Source: a virus
Taxonomy: Duplodnaviria > Caudoviricetes
Virus record (IMG/VR): IMGVR_UViG_3300048598_000574
Location: 1-36,668 of that record
Reading direction: 5' to 3' (one strand)
Length of the DNA: 36,668 nt
The notes beneath the pieces are model-generated. The model ran no database searches and had not been told where the DNA came from. It saw only the letters and a list, made by a program, of their open reading frames with translations. How positions within the stretch are numbered: position 1 is the first letter of the stretch; every line of letters begins with the position of its first letter. The translations under genes and the position numbers were made by a program. This document shows, in pieces, positions 25,900 to 34,768 of the stretch.

Positions 25900-27429
25900 T
25901 TAGACGGGTTGCGTTTGTCGGGTTAATAGCTTCACCCTGTTCTGGAATTGCGTGCGCTCTCGCTTGCTCCACGCCGCCATCTCAGGAACGTTGACCGACA
26001 CCAGCGCCGCAGCCATAGGTGGACAGACTGAATTGCCGCACATCCTCACTTGCGCCTCGTGTGATAGCGGCTTGAAAAACACCTTGCCGTTTCGCTCGTG
26101 CCTTACTAGCGCGTCGATGATGTATGTGTCAGGAAAGCCTTGGGCGCGATACAGCTCTCGGGGAGTAAGCATCCGCATTCCGATGTCGGAGATGTTGAAC
26201 TTCTCTCCACCAACCGCAACAAGGCTGAACCGGTCGTCAGTTGTTACCGTGTGCATCGGCTCGCTAACACCTTGGCCGATTCCAGTCCCGTAATACTTAT
26301 CAAGGAACACGCGCACCTCGGCCATGTGATTTCCTTGGGCTGTTACAGAGTGCATCGGTGTGCTGGCATCCTGCCCAATTGCGGTGCCGTAAAACTTCGA
26401 GATGAAAGCAGACACCAAAGCGATTGCACCAGCGGTTGCCACAGTTGGGACGGGTGTGTCAGCGCTGCGTGGGGATGCTCCGCTCTGTTGACCAATCACA
26501 TACGGAATCACCAATGCCTTTTCGCCCCGGTGCGCCCCGGTGATGGTTTTGAATGGCTGCCGTATCGACTCCGTCCTGTCGCCCACCTGGTGCGTAAGCG
26601 AAACGATGAACGGGTCAGCCGACTCCAGAACAAACTTGCGGATACCTTTCGCAATGCGCTCCATTGTGCTGTCTGCCAATGGCCGCTTAACGCCAAGCGC
26701 CCGAGCCTCCTCCTTGCTCAAGAAAATGGACGGGCAAGGCAGCGAGAAGTCGATGCACTCGGCGGCTGTCCGCCACGGTTTCAAGCCGGAGCCGGAAAAT
26801 CCGTCTGCGGAAGGATCTCCATGCGTTGCAGTAGGCCAGACAATCGGCTTTCCGTCGCATCTGGAAACAAGAAACAACCGCTTGCGAATAGTTGGGGCTC
26901 CGTAGTCACATCCGCGCATCTCGCGCCAATCAACTACGTAGCCCAAACCGAGCAACCTTCCGATGAAGTTCTTGAATGTCCTTCCCCTTCGGATAGGACA
27001 CGGATGCCCACCCGGCAGCAACGGCCCCCAGTCCTGAAACTCCTCGACGTTCTCAAGAATGATGACTCTTGGGCGGACCTTCGCGGCCCACTTAACCGCG
27101 AGCCACGCCAACCCCCGAATCTTCTTTGAGCGAGGTTTGCCGCCCTTCGCCTTCGAGAAATGCTTACAGTCCGGGCTGAACCACGCCAAACCTACCGGCC
27201 TGCCAGCCGTAGCGGCCATAGGGTCAACATTCCAGACATCCTCGCAATAGTGTTTGGTCTGCGGGTGGTTGAGCGAATGGAGTGCGACGGCCTCCGGGTC
27301 GTGGTTGACTGCGATATCAACGCAGCGGCCAAGAGCAAGCTCGATTCCCGTGGATGCCCCGCCGCCGCCGGCAAAGTTATCCACTATCAACTCGACATTC
27401 AGGTCTAAACTAAATTGGGGTGAAATCAT
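25900..27429 (-). CDS. DNA (cytosine-5)-methyltransferase
   Basis: DNFAGGGG, SPDCKHFS, ENVEEF, RKRLF, RAQGFP, GNSVCP. Confidence 0.95.
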   Translation of the reverse strand: MISPQFSLDLNVELIVDNFAGGGGASTGIELALGRCVDIAVNHDPEAVALHSLNHPQTKHYCEDVWNVDPMAATAGRPVGLAWFSPDCKHFSKAKGGKPRSKKIRGLAWLAVKWAAKVRPRVIILENVEEFQDWGPLLPGGHPCPIRRGRTFKNFIGRLLGLGYVVDWREMRGCDYGAPTIRKRLFLVSRCDGKPIVWPTATHGDPSADGFSGSGLKPWRTAAECIDFSLPCPSIFLSKEEARALGVKRPLADSTMERIAKGIRKFVLESADPFIVSLTHQVGDRTESIRQPFKTITGAHRGEKALVIPYVIGQQSGASPRSADTPVPTVATAGAIALVSAFISKFYGTAIGQDASTPMHSVTAQGNHMAEVRVFLDKYYGTGIGQGVSEPMHTVTTDDRFSLVAVGGEKFNISDIGMRMLTPRELYRAQGFPDTYIIDALVRHERNGKVFFKPLSHEAQVRMCGNSVCPPMAAALVSVNVPEMAAWSKRERTQFQNRVKLLTRQTQPV

Positions 27430-27639
27430 GGACGGGTAGGCAAAAAGTGCCTAGGTTTTTCATGGGACATCAAATTTTTCGCCGCACTCGCGTGAGGGGT
27501 GGAAGGTGTCAAACCCAGCCGACTTCACCCCTCGCAAAAGATTCCTTTATCCCCCGTGGAGCATATAGGAACGGCTGTGTGGAATATAGGGATAGCTATA
27601 TGCGGTATTGGTATGGCTTGGGGTTGGTTTTGGGTTGGG

Positions 27640-28326
27640 TTATGGGGCGTCGTCAATGCCATCCACGTCGGTATCTGGGTTGCGATAGTGCTCGCGCTGC
27701 CAGGTGATTTGGGCGGCGTTTGTGATGCCAAAGAATCTGGATGCCTCAGCCGCCGGGATGGATAAGCTTGGGGCTGATATGTCCAGACGCGTGGCCAGCT
27801 CACGGATACCGGGGCCACCGTCGAAGAAGTTGGGGTTTAGAGTCCACGCAAAGGCGAGGAACCTCATGCCCGCTTTATATTCTATACTCCTATTATATTG
27901 ATTACGTACTCCTTCACTGGTTTTCATCACCCATTTTTCAATGCGGTCAAAGGCAACGTGAAGCTCGGGTGAGTTGCTGTTCATGGCGTGCAATCGCCAC
28001 GTCTGAACAAAGCGCCGGCCAATGACTTCGGCGTTGAGCCTTAGCCCATCCCAAGACTTGTGCTTCCGTGGGCGCTTCTTGCCAAGGTCTGCGACGGCTT
28101 CGGGGATGATGTCCCGCAGGTCTGGCTTGGATTCGGGGGCCACCTTCTCGGGCAGTATGGCGGCGATTGCGGCGTGCAGAAACGGGGCAACCTTCTTATG
28201 CTCGGGCTCATGCTCATCGGGCAGCTCTGGCGACCTTTCAACGGCCTCCCAGTCAAAATCGCTGTGGGCCGAATGGAGCGGGCTGATTTTGTCGCTTTGC
28301 ATGTCTTCAATAAACTCAGGTTTCAT
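27640..28326 (-). CDS. HTH-containing protein, possible late-gene regulator
   Basis: C-terminal IRELATRLDISAPSLS HTH; lies after replication genes (lambda Q-like position). Confidence 0.5.
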   Translation of the reverse strand: MKPEFIEDMQSDKISPLHSAHSDFDWEAVERSPELPDEHEPEHKKVAPFLHAAIAAILPEKVAPESKPDLRDIIPEAVADLGKKRPRKHKSWDGLRLNAEVIGRRFVQTWRLHAMNSNSPELHVAFDRIEKWVMKTSEGVRNQYNRSIEYKAGMRFLAFAWTLNPNFFDGGPGIRELATRLDISAPSLSIPAAEASRFFGITNAAQITWQREHYRNPDTDVDGIDDAP

Positions 28327-28352
28327 GTAGTTGTGTGTCGGTTGGTTGAGCG

Positions 28353-28940
28353 TTAAGCGCTTGGTTTGCGCTTGCGCAGGTTGAAGTCGGGAACGTTTAT
28401 ATCGATGGTTGCGCTGCCATTTCGGAGCATACGGCTGGCAACTCGCTTGTCGGTGTCAGCTATTTGTTGCAGCGTCTTGTTGGATGTGAACACCGTCCAC
28501 TTTCCAAGTCTGGATTCGGCCACCTCGTCAGCTCGGGCCGCATTGAATGCGGGGGGGCCTTTCTCGCGGCCAAGGTCGTCAACCACCATGAACGGAGTCT
28601 CACGTATGCCTTGCATCTCCCCCCACTGACCATCGAGTTGGCGCTCGATGAACTTTGGCCAGAGAATCAGCCTCGATTCACCCAGTGATTGGAATTCCCC
28701 CGCCCTGCCCTGGATGACCCGGTAACCGCCTCGCGCCCGCCAGAAGGCCAAAAGGCGCTTAGCAAGGAGCGTTTTACCGGCTCCTGATGTCCCAAGCAGG
28801 CAGAGCCAGTTCGGGTCTTCGTCGTTCATGATCGCATCCGCGAATGTTTTGGCGGCTTCTAGCATGGCAACCAGCTTGGGATCTCCGCATGTGTCGAACT
28901 GCCAATCAAACGACTCCGATGCCAGCGTATGCGCTACCAT
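28353..28940 (-). CDS. DnaC/IstB-like AAA+ helicase loader
   Basis: Walker A GTSGAGKT, Walker B VVDDLG, FTSN, RVASRM; start uncertain (28940-29021). Confidence 0.85.
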   Translation of the reverse strand: MVAHTLASESFDWQFDTCGDPKLVAMLEAAKTFADAIMNDEDPNWLCLLGTSGAGKTLLAKRLLAFWRARGGYRVIQGRAGEFQSLGESRLILWPKFIERQLDGQWGEMQGIRETPFMVVDDLGREKGPPAFNAARADEVAESRLGKWTVFTSNKTLQQIADTDKRVASRMLRNGSATIDINVPDFNLRKRKPSA

Positions 28941-29700
28941 CGCCCTCGTTGGAGGTGCCTGAATTGCGATTAGCACCCGGTTGACTGCTTGTGTTGCGGT
29001 TTGCATGCTGTTTCGGTTCAAAAAGTCCTTGGTATCCGTTTCGGAGTGAGTATTGGAGGATCTGGTAAGCGGTCTCTTCGTCGTATTGTTCGAGAAAGTC
29101 GATTTGGGCGTTGAAAAGGGCTTCCCAGCTCTTCACCTTCTTAAACCCCCTCCGATGTGCCTGCCATTGCCCCCATGCGTCAGAGAGCCGCTGTGTGCTG
29201 AATTTGGCCGGTAATGGCCGGATGGTGGATTCCGATTCAGTCTCAAGAGCTAAGTCGGTTTGCCCCGGCTGAATGGTGGCTCCCTCTTCTTCTTTATATA
29301 TATGTGACTGTACTTGTGAAGAGCGATGGTTTTGCGATGCGGTTGCGATGCGGTTGCGATGCGGTTGCGACCATCTGGCCCTATTTCCGGCAATTCCTGC
29401 CTGTTTGCGTGCGTCTTTGCGCTCCATCGCCGACTCAAGCTCAGAGTCAATGCGCTTGTGACGCCACAAACCGTCATCCACTTGGAATAGGCTTGCGATG
29501 CGGTTGCGATGCGCTTGCCAATCCGCTTGCGATGCCCTTGCGATGGACGCCAACTCTGCGTCATCGTCCCGCAACGGACCTTTGTTGCGCCAGTATGCGC
29601 ACATTAGCAGCACGTAGGAGCCGAACTCGGCGCGGCTTAGGTGCAGCGTGTCGGCAAGCAAATCAGCCACGTAAAGCGGCATCCAGACATCAGTCTTCAT
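28906..29700 (-). CDS. DUF1376 (YdaU-like) replication initiator
   Basis: WMPLYVADLLADTLHLS..EFGSYVLLMCAYW, WRHKRID, C-terminal SLRNGYQGLFEP; ATGA-coupled start at 29700. Confidence 0.88.
   Translation of the reverse strand: MKTDVWMPLYVADLLADTLHLSRAEFGSYVLLMCAYWRNKGPLRDDDAELASIARASQADWQAHRNRIASLFQVDDGLWRHKRIDSELESAMERKDARKQAGIAGNRARWSQPHRNRIATASQNHRSSQVQSHIYKEEEGATIQPGQTDLALETESESTIRPLPAKFSTQRLSDAWGQWQAHRRGFKKVKSWEALFNAQIDFLEQYDEETAYQILQYSLRNGYQGLFEPKQHANRNTSSQPGANRNSGTSNEGDGSAYAGIGVV
29332..29370. repeat. Iteron cluster 1, 11-bp TTGCGATGCGG x3 plus partial (candidate ori)
   Basis: Tandem exact copies next to AT-rich TCTTTATATATATG at about 29291-29304. Confidence 0.8.
29493..29548. repeat. 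Iteron cluster 2, five degenerate TTGCGATGCNN copies
   Basis: TTGCGATGCGG, TTGCGATGCGC, TTGCCAATCCGC, TTGCGATGCCC, TTGCGATGGAC in tandem. Confidence 0.75.
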
Positions 29701-30680
29701 GTCAGAGGCAACTCCTGCTCTTGCGCGGATTCTGCGGCCTTCAGGTTCAGACACGCCTGCTTGAAGTAAGAGCCCTTCAGCTCAAAACCGATGAACTTTC
29801 TACCCATTTTGACGGCCTGATAACCCTCGGAGCCAATGCCGGTGAACGGAGAAAGAACGGTGTCCCCAGGCACGCTCCACATGTCCAAGGCGCGAGATAT
29901 GACTTGAAGCTGTAGCGGGCAAATGTGCCGCTCATCTTTCTCTTCACGTGCTGACTCGCGCTGTAGCGTGTCGGATGGGTTAATGTCCATCCACAGCGGG
30001 GACCACAGCTTCAAGTCCTCTTCCGTGTAGTACGTGTCACGCCAGGCCGGGGAGGCGTAACGCTGCCATACCTCGATGGAATACCTAGTTGAGCTAAGCC
30101 TACCATCCGGAGCGGTGTCCTTGTCTCCGCTGAACGTCTCAAATGGGCCAGACACTGGAACGCTGTTTTTGCCCGGCTTGCGCATAGTGACGAGGTAGTC
30201 AGGTATGCCCTGCCTGGACATGCACGAGTCTTTCAGGATCTGCTTGTGCAACAAACCGAGAGCCTTGGTGCGTTGCATGGCTGTGACGGGGTCTTTCCAG
30301 ATGCACACCTCAGAATGGAAGATCCAACCGGCAGCCTCAAAGATGCGGATTAAATCCCCCCGAAAGTCACGCAAACCAATCTCGCCATGATGCTGCTTGC
30401 TAATCGGCAGATTCATGCAATGGAACGAAACCAGCCGGCCCGGCATGGTGACGCGGAACAACTCAGGAGCCAAGAATCTGAAGTGCTCAAAGAACTCCTC
30501 GTCATCCTTGCAATTGCCCATATCCCGGTCAGAGTTGGAATAGGTGTAAAGCGATGAAAACGGCGGCGAGAAAACCGAGAATCCAATCGAATTATCGGGC
30601 AAGCCTTTAACGCCTTCCACGCAATCCGCGTGATAGATGGCCCAGTTCTTTCCGGTCTGTTGGTCAATTACTTGTGTCAT
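29697..30680 (-). CDS. DNA methyltransferase, N4/N6 beta class
   Basis: FSPPF catalytic motif precedes HICPLQ and VLSPFTGIGSEG. Confidence 0.92.
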   Translation of the reverse strand: MTQVIDQQTGKNWAIYHADCVEGVKGLPDNSIGFSVFSPPFSSLYTYSNSDRDMGNCKDDEEFFEHFRFLAPELFRVTMPGRLVSFHCMNLPISKQHHGEIGLRDFRGDLIRIFEAAGWIFHSEVCIWKDPVTAMQRTKALGLLHKQILKDSCMSRQGIPDYLVTMRKPGKNSVPVSGPFETFSGDKDTAPDGRLSSTRYSIEVWQRYASPAWRDTYYTEEDLKLWSPLWMDINPSDTLQRESAREEKDERHICPLQLQVISRALDMWSVPGDTVLSPFTGIGSEGYQAVKMGRKFIGFELKGSYFKQACLNLKAAESAQEQELPLT

Positions 30681-30683
30681 AGT

Positions 30684-32063
30684 TCAGGCAGCCTTAAGCC
30701 ACTCAGGTAAGGCCATTTGTTTTGTGGGTTCGTAGGCTTCTTTTTGGCGGGTGGCTCCGCGAATGTTCGCCCCGGATATTGAAGCCATGTGTTTCGCCAT
30801 CTCCTCAGACATCTTGCGGGCGTCCTCGCCTTTGCGTTTGATGTTGGTCAATACGTTGCCCTCAAGTTGGCTGGTGATGATGTGCGCGTTAACCGCGCTG
30901 GTTTGGCCGAAGCGCCAGAAGCGACGAACGGCTTGATAAAACTCCTCGTAGGAGTCCGAGAGCCCAACAAACGCCGTGTTGTGGCAACATTGCAGGTTCA
31001 TTCCCCAACCCCAGATGCGCGGCTTTGTAACGACTCCGCGAATAGAGCCAGCGATGAATCCGCGTGCGATGCGGTCGCGCTCCTCGTCGCTGGTAGAGCC
31101 GCTTATCTCCTCAAACCCTGTTAGTCGGACAAGCTCTGCGGCCTCATCGTTTAGCCCACACCACAACACCCATTGATCCGAGTTGGATAGCGCCAGGTCT
31201 GCGGCCATTTTAGCCCGCTCGTTGATGGTGCTGCGGCGTGCGTTTCTGCGCTCTTCCAGCGATTGGGCCTCAAGCGGTATCAGAAACCCGTCAATGCAAT
31301 GCGTGGTTGGAAGCACGTGCTCCACAAGTTTCAACTCAGGAAGCACGAAACCGCCATCGTCGTAACCAAGGTCCGATGGCCGGCGTATGCTTATCGCCCA
31401 CGAGCACACCCAGCGCCAGAACTCCGCCTCCGCGTGGCCCTTCAAACGCCACTGGCTGGTGTCGCCTCCGTCATGGACGAAGAACGTAGATAGCATCTCC
31501 GTGCGCGACATGACTCCCAGGAACTCCGCGTGATTTCCAAGCTCCTCGTAGTCATTCGGGGCCGGTGTGGCCGTCCAAGCCGTGCGGTATGGAATGCTGG
31601 CCGTCTCCTCAATCAGGATCGTGCGAAATTTGCCCGAGTAGCTTTTAAGGATAGAGCTCTCATCGAGCAAAACGGCCTTGAGTTTGCGTAGGTCGAATTT
31701 GTGTAACTTCTCATAGTTGGTGATGTTGATTCCGTGGTTCAAATCACTTTGCTCGCCGCACAGGTTGACTTTGATGCCGAACTTGTCTCCCTCGCGCACC
31801 GTCTGCCACGCCACCCCGATAGGCGCAAGGATTAGCACGGGGCCACCAACACGGCTGATTATCTGGTCGGCGAGAGTGAGTTGCTGTAACGTCTTACCAA
31901 GGCCGCAATCCTCAAAAAAGGCGGCGCGACCACGGCGGCAACCCCAGCTAATCGCGTCACGCTGGAAGTTGAACGCGCTCTTCGGATAGAATGCGGGCGA
32001 TGGATCAAAGCCGGTTGGGACATCAGCGGCCCGTTTGGTGGTTAGAAAATCGGTGTATTTCAT
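30684..32063 (-). CDS. SF2 (SNF2-like) helicase
   Basis: DCGLGKT, LDESS, TATPAPND, GMNLQ, QAVRRFWRFGQ. Confidence 0.92.
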   Translation of the reverse strand: MKYTDFLTTKRAADVPTGFDPSPAFYPKSAFNFQRDAISWGCRRGRAAFFEDCGLGKTLQQLTLADQIISRVGGPVLILAPIGVAWQTVREGDKFGIKVNLCGEQSDLNHGINITNYEKLHKFDLRKLKAVLLDESSILKSYSGKFRTILIEETASIPYRTAWTATPAPNDYEELGNHAEFLGVMSRTEMLSTFFVHDGGDTSQWRLKGHAEAEFWRWVCSWAISIRRPSDLGYDDGGFVLPELKLVEHVLPTTHCIDGFLIPLEAQSLEERRNARRSTINERAKMAADLALSNSDQWVLWCGLNDEAAELVRLTGFEEISGSTSDEERDRIARGFIAGSIRGVVTKPRIWGWGMNLQCCHNTAFVGLSDSYEEFYQAVRRFWRFGQTSAVNAHIITSQLEGNVLTNIKRKGEDARKMSEEMAKHMASISGANIRGATRQKEAYEPTKQMALPEWLKAA

Positions 32064-32737
32064 GCCCTCTTAAACTTGATTACCCAAACCCAAGGATTTT
32101 TGTCCCACGAGCCGGGACCGTTGATGGACTCCCAAAGTCGCCTATAAATCATCTGCGGGGTGACACATGTCATACTCAAGTCTGCCCTGTCAATTCCCTC
32201 AGCAAGCGCATCGTCGGATGTGATTATATTAAGCCTCTCCACATGAATACTAACAACCTCCAGAGTGATGCGGGACGCCCATCGCGGCATGTGAATGGAT
32301 AGAACCCACGGGCTAGCCTCAAGGCCGGTGCGAGTAAAAGCTGTTCCGCCATCCCCATCATCTTTGACAACATGCTCTTTTTCGGTGGCACGGTAATAGC
32401 ATTCCTGTTTTCCGGTAGAGTCATAAACAAACTCCCCGTCGCGCATCTTCGCGCACCACGCCTCACGAACCCAAAGCCGATCTCCTGGTTTACCATAACG
32501 GCAACGCCCGCCATCAACCCAATCAGCAAATGCTTTAGTAATTGGGTTCCAGTTAAAATTCGCTTCCGTGTAGTGTGGTTTGTTGCGTGCCGACCCAAGA
32601 TGGTTCCATTCCCAAAGTGCGGGAATGTAACGGTCGGGCATTGGCTGCGGATTAACAACCCTCCGCGTCTGCGTCTTACGTCCGTCCAAAATTGCCCGCA
32701 CCATTGGGTCACTGAATAGTATTCCTAGTTCTTTCAT
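32060..32737 (-). CDS. ASCH/PUA-like phage protein
   Basis: ILFSDPMVRAILDGRKTQTRR, GDRLWVRE, SIHMPRWASRI, WDKNPWVWVI. Confidence 0.85.
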   Translation of the reverse strand: MKELGILFSDPMVRAILDGRKTQTRRVVNPQPMPDRYIPALWEWNHLGSARNKPHYTEANFNWNPITKAFADWVDGGRCRYGKPGDRLWVREAWCAKMRDGEFVYDSTGKQECYYRATEKEHVVKDDGDGGTAFTRTGLEASPWVLSIHMPRWASRITLEVVSIHVERLNIITSDDALAEGIDRADLSMTCVTPQMIYRRLWESINGPGSWDKNPWVWVIKFKRA

Positions 32738-33051
32738 GTGCAGATTAGTTGGTATTCATACAGCCCGGCCTTACGGTCTCCACGCGTGCGCTTGTTAACC
32801 GCATAGCCTCCGAATCTCGCTTTGCGGAGGTGGCGCAATTGAGCGCTGATGCTTGCTGGCGGGTCTTTTGTTATCACCTCAAGCTCTGCCAGTGTCCGCC
32901 ATTGTCCGTCGCGCATGGCGTCAAACACGCGGCGAATCTGTCCGGTAAGACGCCCGTTGTCTTGTGCCGGGTCGTAGTCAGATCCGGCGAAGCGTGCAGC
33001 CTCGACATCAAACAGCGGCTCAGGCAGTGGAAAAAGCGTAGTGACACACAT
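32734..33051 (-). CDS. Winged-HTH-like protein
   Basis: MRDGQWRTLAEL...ASISAQLRHLRK..FG. Confidence 0.65.
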   Translation of the reverse strand: MCVTTLFPLPEPLFDVEAARFAGSDYDPAQDNGRLTGQIRRVFDAMRDGQWRTLAELEVITKDPPASISAQLRHLRKARFGGYAVNKRTRGDRKAGLYEYQLICT

Positions 33052-33054
33052 AAA

Positions 33055-33360
33055 TTAGAACGGGATATCGTCCTGAACCGGAGGCTCTGCGGCGGGTTGG
33101 TTGCCTTGCTGGGACTGCGTCTGCGCTGGCGCGGCGACTCCATTTCTTTTTGCCAAATAATCCGCCTTGCGTCGGTTTGCGTCGGCCTCAGACTCGAACT
33201 TAAAGCGGATGTTTGGACCGCGATTGCCGTTACCTTCCCACGCACTGACGAGGTAATTGACGCCACCAACCTCAGCGCGACCCGTGTAATCGGGTTGCTT
33301 GCTGCCGGTCGCTTTGCGGTGGTTTCGCGACATGATGCCGCTGTTTGGATAGTCTCCCAT
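33055..33360 (-). CDS. Small ssDNA-binding-like protein
   Basis: KQPDYTG...YLVSAW core with acidic DDIPF tail. Confidence 0.7.
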   Translation of the reverse strand: MGDYPNSGIMSRNHRKATGSKQPDYTGRAEVGGVNYLVSAWEGNGNRGPNIRFKFESEADANRRKADYLAKRNGVAAPAQTQSQQGNQPAAEPPVQDDIPF

Positions 33361-33380
33361 AATTTGCTGTTTGTTTTTGG

Positions 33381-33734
33381 TTACAGAATTGAAATGAAAT
33401 CGGAAAAGCTGCGGACGATGTGGACGGTGTGGCCGTTAAGCTCGGCCTGGACTTTGAATGCCAGTTGCTCGATGGAGAGTTTTCCGGTTCTGCTTTTGCA
33501 CTCCACAAAGAGCACTCGGCCCCCTTTTGCTAGTATTGTAAAATCAGGCTCGCCAAGCGTTCGGTTGGTCCGTTTGCTCATAGAGCCATGCAGGTATTGC
33601 CAGCCGCGCCGCTCGCATTCGTCAATTATTTCGCTGTGAATATCGGACTCTTCATCGGCACCGTTTGACGCGGGCGTCGACTTGGTGTTTCGGGCCAAAA
33701 ACGCTTGATAGTCTGCTTGTGAAAACCTCGGCAT
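33381..33734 (-). CDS. VRR-NUC domain nuclease
   Basis: EESDIH, GEPDF, FVECKSRTGKLSIEQ, VRS. Confidence 0.88.
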   Translation of the reverse strand: MPRFSQADYQAFLARNTKSTPASNGADEESDIHSEIIDECERRGWQYLHGSMSKRTNRTLGEPDFTILAKGGRVLFVECKSRTGKLSIEQLAFKVQAELNGHTVHIVRSFSDFISIL

Positions 33735-33799
33735 GGTGTGGTTGTTTTTGCGCCCCGAACGGATTGGACGTTTTGGGGCTTTGTGGTGGGCCGGATTAG

Positions 33800-34768
33800 T
33801 TAGAATACCCCGGCGGCGGTGGTGGCGTATGCCCGCTTTGGCAGGTCAATTTCCTGCGTGTCTGTCGAGTAAGCCGGCCAGTAATCCAGCGCGATGCAGT
33901 TCATTAACAGTTGCAGATTGCGCTGATACTCCTCGCGCCCGGCGTGCAGCGCGTTGGAGCTAACGTCGAATACTGATACGGCATACGGCGGAAACTTCTC
34001 CACCGCGACAAACACGAACGTTGCCTTGCGTTGGTACTCGGGGATGAACCCGGCATCAACCAGGTCATTCCATAGGTCCAGGTAATACGCGGCCTGAACG
34101 TAATACCGCATCATCCAGATCGTGCGCGAGAACGAGTCCTTGCGGGCATCCATGCACGTCTTGATGTCGATTAGGGCATTGCCTTGGCTGGCAAAGTCCA
34201 CGCGGGCCTTGCGCAGAATCTCGCCGCGCCGATAGAACCGCTTGAACAGGCTAACCTCGGACGAACCCGCTGCCAGCGCCCGGCGTGCAGTTGGGTGGTT
34301 GGCAACGGATAGGGCCATTCCCTCCAGCGCGTCATGCTCAGACCGAGTCAATACGGTGTTCCCTTTGGCCAACTCATCAGCAACCCAACGCTTGCAGTAA
34401 CCAGCTCCACCGTGCCACGGAATCAGATCACCAACCCCGACCTTTTTCTGCTTAACCGCAGAACAGTTTGCTGGCGCTGGGTATTCCTCGGGCTGGATTA
34501 CAATCCGGGGAAACGGCTTGTTTGGCTCCAGGATCTTCGCGTGCGCCAAGCTACCTAGCAACATCGGGCGAGTCTGCTCATCCCTGTGTTTGAACTGCTC
34601 CACAAAATGAGCCGGGCTTCCAGGGTCGTCCTCAGTCCCCCCAAGATGCTTCAGCATCGAGTTACTAACACCCGGAGAGCTGAAGTATTCGTTGGCCGGC
34701 ATGTCGAAGAAGGCCCCCTCTTCGCGCACAGCCAAAGATTGGGTTGCGAGATTTAGCGCCTCACTCAT
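33800..34768 (-). CDS. RecE/exonuclease VIII-like PD-(D/E)XK nuclease (DUF3799)
   Basis: GVSNSMLK, GSLAH..ILEP, KARVD, IDIKT, YYVQAAYY, FVAVEK.PPY. Confidence 0.9.
   Translation of the reverse strand: MSEALNLATQSLAVREEGAFFDMPANEYFSSPGVSNSMLKHLGGTEDDPGSPAHFVEQFKHRDEQTRPMLLGSLAHAKILEPNKPFPRIVIQPEEYPAPANCSAVKQKKVGVGDLIPWHGGAGYCKRWVADELAKGNTVLTRSEHDALEGMALSVANHPTARRALAAGSSEVSLFKRFYRRGEILRKARVDFASQGNALIDIKTCMDARKDSFSRTIWMMRYYVQAAYYLDLWNDLVDAGFIPEYQRKATFVFVAVEKFPPYAVSVFDVSSNALHAGREEYQRNLQLLMNCIALDYWPAYSTDTQEIDLPKRAYATTAAGVF

Noticed and set aside
26140-27129. 329-aa plus-strand ORF (likewise 15665-16429, 29214-29915 and 32749-33639)
   Set aside because: Antisense to well-supported genes; expected by chance in GC-rich DNA
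27525-27818. 97-aa minus-strand ORF over the intergenic gap
   Set aside because: Pro/Ile low-complexity product of the skewed sequence, overlapping the HTH gene
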